Of a stretch of DNA of 64,000 nucleotides, positions 1 through 12,976 are shown piece by piece. The notes beneath the pieces were generated by a model that was not told where the DNA came from, did no database searches, and was given only the letters and a program-made list of their open reading frames with translations. The number at the start of each line of letters is the position of its first letter. Within the stretch, counting starts at the first letter, position 1. A program made the translations under genes and the position numbers. The DNA lies in assembly GCA_965603825.1 (NCBI GenBank), contig CBFDEM010000057.1, positions 558,001-622,000 of the forward strand, written 5' to 3'. The DNA comes from Blepharisma stoltei ATCC 30299 (taxonomy: Eukaryota > Protista > Ciliophora).

Positions 1-2580
1 GAAGTCGAAGTTCAGGCTGACGTTAATGATTCAGGTTTTGTTGATGCTAAAGAAAGATCAGAAATATTGCTAAGCAGTGGAATGGAAACAATGGACTCAA
101 ACATGCTCTTCTCTTCCATCCACTCAATTGCTCATTATACATTCCATAACACTCTAAACTTAAATGATATGACAAAATGCATAGAAAACCTGGAAGAGAC
201 TTTGAATAAATGGATGAACTCTTCAATGCCAAGAATTGGGCTGTCCGAGTCCAGCACTGTCATTGATGCAGTCTCTACCTTGCTTGGAAAAGCAGAAGTC
301 TATAAAGAAAAGCTGCTGCTTGATATTTATAGTACTCAAAATAAAGCTCTAAACCACACAAAGACTCTTGACGTCGGCACATACACCAGCATTCTTTCTA
401 ATCTTGATAAGCTGCTTGATAGCCTTCAGGCATTATCAGCTCAAAATGAAAGCGCTTACACCGAAATGGACCTCTTCAAAATTATCAACCAAACTCACAG
501 TGAAGGAACTCGAAAGTATTTGGGGGCAATCAATCCCAACGAAAGTCCTGTAAAATACAGAGGTGGGAAATTCAACTCTACCAGTATTTTAGCTGATGGA
601 AAATCTTTAGCGAAGCCTATCGAATACGACTCACCGATTGAAGGTAGTGCTACTAAGTTTAATGTCAATACCTCCAAGAACTCTGACTCTACAAGCTACT
701 TAGTCTCAATCCTTTCAGTTGCTCCATTCAAGAATATTTCAGATGCCCTTCTGAGCTCTGCAAGTAGCTCTCTGGCTTCTTTTGAAGACTACTCATTTAC
801 TGAAGGATCAGTTGTTTCTTCTGACTCTGCTGTAATAAAAAAATACTCTTATTCAGATGAGCTTACATCATGATGGGTGCAGCCGAGCTTATCTAAAAAT
901 ACTGGAACCATTATTAACCCAGTCTTATCTTCTGGGCCGGTGACTGAAGTTAGCAGTGAAGTCTCATATGAAACAGTTAATAGCAGTTTGGAACCAACTT
1001 GCACTGTTTATGATCTAAACATTGAAAAAAGCTTATTTAAGTATTGTACGACGATTTTACGAGAAAACGGATCAGCAACTTGCGTTTGCGAAGTTGTAGG
1101 GCTTTTTGGAGTGCAGCCTTATCCGACAATTTTAAACCTTGTGGAGAATAGGTTCGAAGTATGAATGGATCTTGGCATTCCAACAGTTGGCACCACTCCT
1201 GTTTGAATCATTTTTGGAATTGTTTTATTTTTATACAAAATAGGATGGAAGGATGCTAATAAATCTGATGAATATAATGGAGATACTTGAAAAACGAATT
1301 TATTAAAAGCTAATAAAATAATTCTTGGGGAAATAGGAGCATTTGTATACTTAAACAAACTATCAATAAAATGAGATGCTAAAGCTTTTGAAAAGTTGAA
1401 AAAACAGCTAGAGAAGAAGATGAAACGCTTATGCAATGCTCAGGATCTCAGTATCTTGCTTGGAGATGAAAATCTTGGAGATTGTATTGAAAATTGCATA
1501 GATAATCAAAATTTCGATGATCTGAAACGCCTAATAAGTAATTTGCTAAATCAATGTGACGAATTCAAAGCTGAAGTGAAAACCCTGAAAACGGAGTATA
1601 ATTTTATGAATAAGGTACTTGACATAGATGAAATATATGATTGGTGAAGAGCAAGGCCAGTTCTTAAAAGAATGAAAAACACTATTAACTTGGATACAGA
1701 TTCAAATATAGCCCTGTGAAACTCAGTAGATAAATTGAAACCTTATATCATTAAGTATATAAAAGACCATCATATTGAAGAGATCTGTTCTTATGAAAAA
1801 CAGAATACACCTGCAAGTGTTTCAGTAGAGGCAATAAACATTACTATTAACAATAATGAAGAATGTAATGAACAAAGTATCAATTTACAATTTGACTCAC
1901 AAAATACTCAAGAGAATAGTTTTGAGTCTACAACATTTTTATCACGATCACTAGAAATCTTGCAAACTAAAGCTATAAATAGCAAAAACTATAAGAAAAA
2001 TTATTTTGGATATTTTATAAAGCACAATGATATTTTAGGAGTCATTGGATATACTGATTTGAACTCTCCAAGGAGATTTAGGCTGACTTATTTAATATTA
2101 GCAATTTGCACTGAGATTACGATTGCCATTTCAGCCTTTGATAATTATAATCGACAAATAGATAGAGAGGTATGATTGCTATTTTATTTTCAGCAGCAGA
2201 GCTTCTGGATTTTTGTTTTATCAATCGGTTTTGGGATATTGCCTTTATTCACAAAGCTCTACTTCAATTACAATGTTTTGAGCAGCCAGTTTGAGAAACA
2301 CAAGCTATTGAAATGCAAAAACAAAAGCGTATTTATCGGCTATATTGTTAGTTGATTAATGATTCTAGGCGAATTTGTTTATTGTCTATTTAAGCTTCGA
2401 TTGTGCCCTTTGACTAATTTCCACGCATATATGTCATATATAGCTCAATCCTTGATTTTCTTTTTAATTTCGAGTGGAATCGGTTTTCCTTTAGCTATAT
2501 CTGCAATTCATTGTTGTTGTTTTGAAAATTCATGCAAAAATAAGAACAAAGTAATTCAAGACACCCAGTATATAGCATAA
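1..2580 (+). CDS. Polycystin-1-like REJ/GPS multi-TM receptor, copy A (5'-partial; TGA=Trp)
   Basis: Frame +1 ORF pieces 67-873, 877-1164, 1396-1647, 1735-2175 and 2359-2580 are separated only by TGA; ends at TAA 2578-2580. Close paralog of 9940-12570. GPS-like C..CVC motif followed by hydrophobic TM segments. Confidence 0.8.
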
Positions 2581-2980
2581 TGGCATAACTAAGTTTTTAA
2601 TTTATATTGAATCAATTTTGTGTATGGTTTCATTCTTTTTTTGCTTTATAATTAATTTAATGATTATCTTTTCAGGGGAATATGATGGTTAGATATTCAA
2701 GATCAATTGTATGAAATTGATAATGATTAGGCTGCTATGATTTAGATTAACAATTTGGAGTTATAAAAAATTTTTTCAAATTATTTTAATTAAGAAAGAC
2801 TATATTAATTTAAAAATTATTTCTATATTTATATATTAGATTGATTAATTTGAACTCTATAAATATAAAAACTGCAACCATCATTCATATATTATCTTAC
2901 GCCTCCTTTATTAAGCAAAATTTGTAGTTTAGATCAAGATAATGTCAAAGGAATGGCATGTCTAAAAATACTGAAAGAAA
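1..2980 (+). repeat. Segmental tandem duplication, copy A (partner 9940-12976)
   Basis: Direct alignment at offset about 9939-9996. It covers the CDS 3' part plus about 400 bp downstream, ending at ggcatgtctaaaaatactNaaagaaa. Confidence 0.95.
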
Positions 2981-3178
2981 TGGGTCGTGCGATTTCTCCA
3001 ACGTAATGCCTACAGTAACTACAGCAACTACAGTTACTTCCACAATTCCAACAACTCAAACAATTCCAAAAACTCTAAGCAATTCCAATAACTCCAAACA
3101 ATTCCAACTTCTAGATCAACAGATCCAGCTTCAACTGCCACATCAAGCTCAGTAGCAACTCAGCAATAAATTAGTTCT

Positions 3179-3520
3179 TTATTCTTGACCTTTACCTTTC
3201 TCGACAAGTCATTTATCTACATCGTTTCCAGTATTATCTAAACTTTCTTTTTCACATTCTGCATCTTCTTCTTCAACTTCGACTCCTAATTCCTCCTCAA
3301 ATTCATAATCTTGTCTATCTTCATAATTCAGTGACCACTCCGTGACATCATCATCCAATCCACACATGACAACAGTTCCAACATCTAGGAGCAGGCTAAA
3401 TGCAAGATCAGCATCTCCTCCACATGCTTCCAGCATTCTCATAGCAATTTCCAAGTCAAAACCTAGTAATTTCAGCAACAAAACATACTTTTTTTGATAC
3501 CCCAAGAGTTCATTCGTCAT
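3179..3520 (-). CDS. Small UBA-domain protein with acidic tail (about 113 aa)
   Basis: LLKLLGFDLEIAMRMLEACGGDADLAFSLLL matches the UBA pattern (L..MGF....A..AL....GD...A...LL). Reading through TGA at 3209 gives TAA at 3179-3181. Confidence 0.55.
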
Positions 3521-4692
3521 AAATAAATCATGAATTTTATAGCAAAAATAAAATCAAGATAATTTTTGTGCAACCTATTCGCGCAATTCACTTTTGTTGA
3601 AAAAGTCATAAAAAATTATGAAAAGAATATTTAGAAATCAAAGTGAAAGAAATTTGCTCATTCTATTTAAACTCTAAGTCGATACAGCCCAATCGAGCTT
3701 GAATATAGAATCATATATAAAAAATATTCTTGAGAGATGCGCATCTTGGTACTAGCTAAAATCGTGCCATTATGGGCCCAGTCATCATAATTCACTATAT
3801 TTTACTAAACTTTTCAGGCGTATTTGCGTCTATAGATGGTTTCTTTTCTTCTGAAAATTCAAATACAAGCATTAAGTTAAATCATTGAGCATTTCCATCA
3901 AGACTTTTATTCTTTCTACCTCTACTCGCCTGTCCGTACGCACCCTTGCTCTGGCTTATTTATTCATAAAGTGTGTGTATTTTCTCCACCAAAGTTCCAA
4001 ATTTGTCTAGTTTAACTATGGAAAACTCAAGAAATCTAATAATCTGATCAGCCCGCAAGCTAAAATTGGATTGAAGCACACTACACAATGCCAAGTATAT
4101 TGCGCTAGCTCCTCCCAAAGTGACAAAGCGAAAAAAAGTGAGGTAATTTTTTCCTTAATAATCATATATTAAAGTTTTGTTTTTGTTCGAACTTTAAAAA
4201 GCTTCAAATCTGGGGTATATGTATTTATCTACCTAGATTAGAGGAGTCCTAGGTGTTGCTAGAGAATCTTTCCAGCTTCATGCACCTCTTTCTTCCAAAA
4301 AAGGAAAATTTTCCCCGAAGATAAGGCTTTTGGTTATAGTTGATCAGCCTATGTTCCCGCTTCATCTGAGCTATGAAGCCTACCAGATGCTCCCACAACG
4401 GATGACTTATTACATTCACAGTTGTCCGGACTCATTCATTTTGCCGATTATTGAAATTAGAAATCGTGACTAATCACTGCAGCATTTGATAAAATACTTA
4501 AGAATTGCATATAACTATTTCTTTAAAGTTTTCCTCATATATTTTTTACTACTGCCGGATGCAAAAGCTACTTGATGTGAAGAGATAGCTTAGCATTAAT
4601 CTACATGATTATTGCAACTTATATATAAGGCACTCGTCATATAATTAAATAGTAAAACTTCAGAAGTTATAAAAAATGTCATAGAATAATTA

Positions 4693-7600
4693 ATGAATAA
4701 GCTATTTCTTGTTCTAATCGTCGCTGCTAGACAGGCAAATGCAGGTGGAGGTGGCGATGATAGTCCACCACCGTGCTATGAAAATGATGGCCACCTTAAG
4801 ATTGGCTCGAGTTGTGTAAGCTGCTCTGTTGGCTGTAAAACCTGCTTTGGGAGCGCTTTCTGATATCAATGCGCCTCATGCTACTCAGGCTATGAACTAA
4901 TGAACAATCTTTGCTTGCCAAAAGTTCACTTACAACCTGTTTCATTTAATTTTAGCAGTCAAGTTAATCTTGGCATAGAGATAAACGAAGTCTTCCAAGC
5001 AGGATCAAATAGCAAGAATAAGTACCCAGACTATGATGCAAATGACCCATATCCTACTTTTCAGAGAGGCTACTATTATAATAATAGCTCCTACATGGCT
5101 TCCGATAAGTTTAATTTGAGTCCCTGGTTTTCTAACTCTTTCTGAGTCAAACCGTACTCAGCTGGAAGCATATTTCTGAAAAGAGACTCAAGCAGCGTTC
5201 TTCTAAGTCTCTCAATATCTTCTAACAATGTACTTGCTTATAGCATCAAATTAGCAAATGGAGTCACCTTAAGTTTGCATCATTCAACAATAAATAGCGT
5301 TCTTAATGTTTGGAATCAGATCGCCATTACTTGTGATTTAGCTATCGACCAATGAGTTACGAAAATTCAGCTCATTCATAATGGAAAAGTTATAACTGAA
5401 TCCCAAGCTACCATACAAGATTGGTATAATGATCCTCCAACAGCAATAATTGGAAATGACCCCAAAGGAAGCCAAACCTTTACTGGATTTATATGAAGTT
5501 TAAAATATTATGATAATTCAACTTTGTGGCATGCCGATTATCAAATTTCAACCTACTGTGCATCAGGGTGTTCGTTTTGCTCTGAAGATTTAACTTGTCC
5601 TGATTACTGCGATTTTGGTCAATTTAATGATAATGGAGTGTGTGTTGACTGCTTAAGTGAGTGCACATATGGTTGCAGAACAGCAGAGAGATGCAATATA
5701 TGCGAGACTAAAGAATGCTACTCATGCAGTGATTCTTTTGTCTGTGATACTTGTGTAACCAGGGGAAATTTGACTAACAGAGTATGTGAGTGCAATTTAA
5801 ACTCATTTTTTAATGAGACAACAAAAATTTGTGACATATGTGACAACGGCTATTGCAGTCAATGCTTAACTGTAAATTATTTTGACTGCAAAGTCTGTGG
5901 CCCTAATTATGAATTAATAGGCACCGTTTGCTTGGTACATACTCCATCAGGTTGGGATAGCTCAAAAACTCAGCCTTATGTAGCATATGACATCCCTTTC
6001 TGAACTGGTGCTTATCAAGGAGAGTTCGGGATTTTTAAGACAGGAGAAGATAAAACTAGTTATTATCCATTTAATACTCCAGAAGAATTAATGGACCCAA
6101 TCCCAATAGAAAATCGAGGATTGTATTTTTCTAATGGAAATTTTTTGAATTCAAGTCTAATCTACTTGCCTCATAGTTTTACTATGATAATTTGTATCAA
6201 CCCCAAAAATGGAGATTTTTTGGAAAAAGGAAACTTGAGCATCAATTCTAATGGCAAAGCGAGCATTATTCTCCAAGACCCCCTCAATAATTTGATGCAT
6301 ATTGTTACGCTTAGCGAATTTCCACTTAAGGATTGAACTTATTTTACTCTAGTGGTTTCTTATTTTAACTCAACCACAACGCTGTCAACATACTCTAATG
6401 GAAATCTGCTATTCTTGTATTCCTATTATCCATGGATATTTAGAGATTCCTCATTATCTTCAATGCTTCTCGCAAGGAGCCAAGACAGTATCTATGATGG
6501 TTTTATTTACATAATTCAGGAGATTATTGGACAAATAAGCGACATAGTAAGCTACATAGAAAATGAAGCCAGTTTAAACCAATTACCGTCCTGTGATTAT
6601 GATTACACCTTTGATCAAAATGGAACCTGCATCTCCTGCAACTCTTCATGCACTATAGGCTGTATTCGAGAATCAAACTGTAATCTGTGCCATGATCAGT
6701 TATGCCGAAACTGCTCTGGGCCTTTAGAAGAATCTACTTGTTTTAATTGCTCATGACTTTCCCACAATTTATATCCTAATGAGTGCATCTGCGACGACAA
6801 TGCATTTTTAATCAAAAACAGCTCGAACTGATATTGCGAGCATTGCGAATATAATTACTGTGCTTTTTGCAACGATAATGGACATTTTGAATGCCAAGGC
6901 TGCAAGTCAGGCGTTCTTGTGAACACTGTTTGTCTTGATGAGTATCCGCTCGGATATTTTGAGTGTTCTGGTAAGAATTGCCTTTTAAGTCAAATTAACC
7001 CGAATGAAAATTTCAGAGGGAGGTATGGGATATTCATTGGCGGTTCCACGAAGGATTTATTTCCGCATTTCAATGGCTCTGAAAAAGAAGACCCAACCCC
7101 TGTAGACCGCCGAGGCTTCTACTTTGATGGTGCCTTGCAATTTTTCCAAACAGAACATTTTACTTATTTAGGCCACATCTTTTCAATTGGGGGGTGGTTT
7201 TCTGTCTTAGGGACCGGGGATATTCTTGAGCACTACAATAGACTTTTATTAGCAAGCAATGGGTCTCTTTCAATAACCTTGCAAGATAGAGATCAAAAAG
7301 AGTTTACATTTACCTCTCCAGGCATGATCTTTTCTGGCTGATCTCATCTTGCTTACACTGTATTTTATGCAAACTCTACAACTTCTCTTAAGGTGTTTCT
7401 AAATAATGAAGTATTTTTTGAGAGAGATTTTCCAAATTTATTATTTAGAGATATTTCAAACTCTACTCTTTTCATCGGAAAAAGTCCTAATTCTAACTTC
7501 TATGGATTTCTATACAATTTCAAAATGTGAAATTTTGCAAAACAGGCGTTTATCTACGAGTTTAAAAATGAAGTCTGCGGGTATGGAAAGAATGGAACCT

Positions 7601-10600
7601 GTCTTCCACTCTGCAGCATAGACGAATATTATCAAGAATGGGAAGGATCAGAGCCATCCTGCGAAAAATGTCTTCGCTCATGCGATAAGGGCTGCATCAG
7701 AAAAGACACATGCAATATTTGCCAAGACGTTTTATGTGCTGTTTGTCCTTATTTTGGACGTACTCGCTGCAGCCAGTGTATTCCTTATGCATATGGAATA
7801 GAAAAGTGTAAGTGCATTGAAAACTATTGCTTATCTCTTGATAGATTATCATGCATTAAATTTCCATACGAAAACAGTCCAGAGAAATACTGGATCCACT
7901 TTTTACCAAATACGACAATCATAGTTGGAAAGTGAAGTGATGATTTTGTCATAAATACAATCCATCCATGAATGATAGATGTTCACCTCCTTGATAGTGA
8001 TGTCGTAACCTTCAGCAATAAGGCTTGCACCTTCAACCCTTTCTACGAAAATTTCACATGCTCATTTAATGTGCTTGTAGATCCAAGCTACGATAATAAG
8101 AATGGCCCTATCACTATCAAAGCTAAGTTCCAAGGCTACGTCTATCCAATGACCTTTCCTGTATCTTATGATGATTTTTCTGTTTCACTTATGAGTCGCC
8201 CTGAGCGCTTGGGAGTTGTATTTTACGCAGGCTATAACTACATTCAAATAACGCCGGACGAGGAATTATCGTTTAATGATGACCTTTGCAGTGATGAAAA
8301 CTGTACACATGCAGCGTGCGATGAGCTCCTTTCTCAAAAATCGATTTCTTCTATAGGATCAAATATTGATTGTACTTATTCTGGACCAGGTATAATATCA
8401 ATATACGTAGGGCATGTCAAAGATAATACAAATTCCTTGATTTTCAGAGAAAATGTTTTTTATGGCTCAAGCACTAACGAAAAAAACTTAAAATATTTGG
8501 CCATACCTTGGAAACTTCAAAAGCCGCCATTACCTGTTGCTTCAATAGTTCCATTAGCTGAAACTTGCTGCTCATGCATTGCTATTTTTGATGGTTCTAG
8601 ATCTTCAACTCGATTAGGAAGCTTAAAATACCTATGAATCTTAAGCGAATTTATGCTTTATTCTGGTGATGACACCGAGAGAATAACAAACATAACATTG
8701 CAAAGCTGTAATATAGCTAAAGATCATAAACAATTTAATGTTACTTTAATAGTCACCGACAATTTCGACCAACAAGCTAGCGCAAGCATGACAGTAGATA
8801 TGACAAGCGATGACGTTTTAATTCGAGGGTGAAAGGATCCCAAAATCAAGACAACTATTAATGATATTTCCAAACTGATTTTTGATTATCAGAAGAGTTC
8901 CAAAATCCATCTTGATCCCAACCCAATGGTTATATGAAGCTTATTCAAAAAATTATCTACAAGAGGGCTGCTTGGAAGTAAAATCTATGAGTCTGCAGGG
9001 GTTGAGTTTGATTATACATTTACACAAAAAGGAGAATATATAATAGTTTTGGATGCCTATTTTAATAACAACACTTATAAGATTTCAGCAAATGCTTCAA
9101 TAATTGCTAACCCTCCAGTTCCTGACTTGGTCCTGAGTGGAGTCAATACTTATGTATTTGCAAACTCAAATATTACTGTAAATTTGACAGCAAGCTATAA
9201 AGGAGAAGTTTTTGAGCTTGATAAAGGCTACGCTTTTATTAATAAAATTGAATGCTCTAATGGCGAATTTATTGAGGTTGCTGGAGATATTTTCAAGCTG
9301 AGAGTATTTAATAAAGAAAGAATATTTAATTGTAGTTTTACAATTGGCTTGAGGGATTATCCTGAATATGAATCTGAAGTCAGCTGGCTCTATGTGGTGA
9401 AAGGAAATATCCCAAGGGTGTACATTGTTTCCATGTTTCCTTATTTAGATCCCTCAGCGCCAGTAAGACTAATCGCAGACGTAGCGGACTCTTTGAGAAT
9501 GATAATTTCTTGGAGAGAAAAGAACGGCCATCCATTCATTGCGACTACGCCAACAGATCAGCCGAGTATGACAATTCAAGAATTCAGTATGCTCTGTGGA
9601 TTAGATTACGAATTTGAAATCACTGTTATTGATCCGGTTTCTTTCGTCCCTGTCAAAGCTTCTATCAAAAGATATGTAAACTGTCCCCCTAACTCAGGGA
9701 CTTTTGAGGTTGATCCTAAAGAAGGCCGAGCCTTGGATACTCAGTTTAATGTTTTATTTGCAGGCTGGAACGATTTAGAAGGGGACGATCCCATTTCTTA
9801 CCAAGTGTTTATGCAAAAAGACGAAAATATGATTGCCCTGACTCCAAAAACAACTGAAAATAAGTTCAAAATAGTGCTAGGGGAGAGGGGAAAAGTTACT
9901 CTTGTAGGGAGGATTTATGATTCACGAGGCACCTTTACCGAAGCCGAACTTCAGGTTGACGTTAATGATTCAGGTTTTGTTGATGCTAAAGAAAGATCAG
10001 AAATATTGCTAAACAGTGGAATGGAAACAATGGACTCAAATATGCTCTTCTCTTCCATCCACTCAATTGCTCATTATGCTTTCCATAACACTCTAAACTT
10101 AAATGACTTGACAAAATGCATAGAAAATCTCGACGGAACTTTGAACAAATGGATGAACTCTTCAATGCCAAGAATCGGGCTGTCTGAATCCAGCTCTGTC
10201 ATTGATGCAGTCTACACTTTGCTTGAAAAAGCAGAAGTCTATAAAGAAAAGCTGCTGCTTGATATTTATAGTACTCAAAACAAAGCTTTAAACCACACAA
10301 AGACTCTTGACGTCCGCACATACACTATCATTCTTTCTAATCTTGATAAGCTGCTTGATAGCCTTCAGGCATTATCATCTCAAAATGAAAGCGCTTATAC
10401 CGAAATGGACCTCTTCAAAATGATCAACCAAACTCTCAGTGAAGGGACTCTAAAGTATTTGCAGACAATTAATCCCAACGAAAGTCCTGTAAAATACTGA
10501 GGCAAGAAATTTAACTCCACCTGTCTTTCAGCTGATGGAAAATCGCTAGCGAAACCTATCAAATACGACTCACCGATAGAAGGCAGTTCTACTAAGTTTA

Positions 10601-12570
10601 ATGTCAATACCTCCAAGAACTCTGACTCTACAAGCTACTTAGTCTCAATCCTTTCAGTTGCTCCATTCAAGAATATTTCAGATGCCCTTCTGAGCTCTGC
10701 AAGTAGCTCTCTGGCTTCTTTTGAAGACTACTCATTTACTGAAGGATCAGTTGTTTCTTCTGACTCTGCTGTAATAAAAAAATACTCTTATTCAGATGAG
10801 CTTACATCAGTATGGGTGCAGCCGAGCTTATCTAAAAATACTGGAACCATTATTAACCCAGTCTTATCTTCTGAGCCGGTGACTGAAGTTAGCAGTGAAG
10901 TCTCATATGAAACAGTTAATAGCAGTTTGGAACCAACGTGCACTGTTTATGATCTAAACATTGAAAAAAGCTCATTTAAGTATTGTACGACGATTTTACG
11001 AGAAAACGGATCAGCAACTTGCGTTTGCGAAGTTGTAGGGCTTTTTGGAGTGCAGCCTTATCCGACAATTTTAAACCTTGTGGAGAATAGGTTCGAAGTA
11101 TGAATGGATCTTGGCATCCCAACAGTTGGCATCACTCCTGTTTTAGTCATTTTTGGAATTATTTTGCTTTTATACAAATTAGGATGGAAGGATGCTAACA
11201 AATCTGATGAAATCAATGGAGATCTTTTAAAAATGAATGTATTAGAAGCTAATAAAACACTTCTTAAGGAAATCGGGGCATTTACAAACGAATTAGATCA
11301 ACTATCAGAAAAATGAGATAATGAAGTTTTAGAAAATTTGAAAAAACTCCTAGATGAGAAGATGAAATCTAAATATAATGATGAGGTTCGCAAATTCTCG
11401 CTTACAGATGAAAACATTGGAGATTGCATTGAAAATTACATAGATAGTCAAAATTTTGATGATCTGAAATGTCTAATAAGTGATTTGCTAGATCGAAATG
11501 ACGAATTCAAAGCTGAAGTGAAAGCCCTACGCCAGAAGTATAATTATTTTATTAGGAAGATTGACTTAGATGAAATATATGATTGATGGAGAGCAAGGCC
11601 GGTTCTTGAAAGAATGAGAAAAGCTATTGTATCATCCTTGGAATCAAAAGAAAAAAAAGTAGATTGCATCATTATTTTGGATATAAAATCACATATAGCT
11701 CTGTTAAACTCAATAGACAAATTGAAACCTCATATCATTAGATACATAAAGCAAAATAATATTGATGGGATTTATCATTATAAAAAACAGAATACAGGTG
11801 CAAGTGTTTCATTCGAGATAATAGATAATACTAATAACAACGTTGAAGAATGTAATGAAGAAAATATCAATTTAGGATTTGACTCACAAAATACTCAAGA
11901 GGATGATAGTTTTGAGTTTACAACATTTTTATCAAAGTCAATAGGAGCCTTGCAAACTGAAGCAATAACAAGCAAAAACTATGAGAAAAATTATTTTGGA
12001 TATTTTATAAAACATAATGATATCTTAGGAGTTATTGGATACACTGATTTGAACTCTCCAAGGAGATTTAGGCTGACTTATTTAATATTAGCAATTTGCA
12101 CTGAGATTACGATTGCCATTTCAGCCTTTGATAACTATAATCGACAAATAGATAGAGAGGTATGATTGCTATTTTATTTTCAGCAGCAGAGCTTCTGGAT
12201 TTTTGTTTTATCAATCGGTTTTGGGCTATTGCCTTTATTCACAAAGCTCTGCTTCAATTACAATGTTTTGAGCAGCCAATTTGAGAAACACAAGCTCTTG
12301 AAACGCACAAATAAAAGCATAATAGCTGGCTATATTGTTAGTTGATTAATGATTCTAGGAGAATTTGTTTATTGTCTATTTAAGCTCAAATTGTGCCCTT
12401 TGACTAATTTCCACGCATATATGTCATATATAGCTCAATCCTTGATTTTATTTTTAATTTCGAGTGGAATCGGTTTTCCTTTAGTTATATCTGCAATTCA
12501 TTATTGTTGTTTTAGAAATTCATGCAAAAATGAGAGCAAAGTAATTCCAGAAACCCAGAATATAGCATAA
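4693..12570 (+). CDS. Polycystin-1-like receptor, copy B, about 2625 aa: signal peptide, 3x (Cys-rich furin-like + LamG-like), PKD/REJ, GPS, multiple TMs
   Basis: ATG 4693 (MNKLFLVLIVAARQANA signal peptide). All ORF-track pieces from 4900 to 12570 are in frame +1 and broken only by TGA. REJ hallmark NCPPNSGTFEVDPKEGRALDTQF..GWND...PISY. HNDILG..SPRRFRLT resembles the PKD1 H.W.S....FTR.QR TM motif. Confidence 0.8.
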
Positions 12571-12976
12571 TGGTATAACTAAGTTTTTAATTTATATCGA
12601 TTCAATTTAATATAAGCTACAGTATGGTTTCATTCTTTTTTTGCTTTATAATTAATTATATTATTATCTTTTCAGGGGAATATGATGGCTAGATATTCAA
12701 GATCGATTGTATAAAATTGATACTGATTAGGCTGCTATGATTTAGATTAACAATTTGGAGTTGTAAAAATCTTTTTCAAACTATTTTAATAAGAAAGACT
12801 ATATTAATTTAAAAATCATTTCTATATTTATATTAGATTGATTAATTTGAGCTCTATAAATATAAAAACTGAACCATCATTCATATATTATCTTGCGCCG
12901 CCTTTATTAAGCAAAATTTGTAGATTAGATCAAGATAATGTCAAAGGAATGGCATGTCTAAAAATACTAAAAGAAA
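9940..12976 (+). repeat. Segmental tandem duplication, copy B (partner 1-2980)
   Basis: gaagccgaacttcaggttgacgttaatgat at 9940 matches window position 1. Similarity stops abruptly after about 12976. Confidence 0.95.

Noticed and set aside
3005-3115. Short repeats as a CRISPR array or telomeric tract
   Set aside because: Units are 8-9 bp, degenerate and lack unique spacers. No CCCTAACA- or C4A4/C4A2-type telomere repeats are present.
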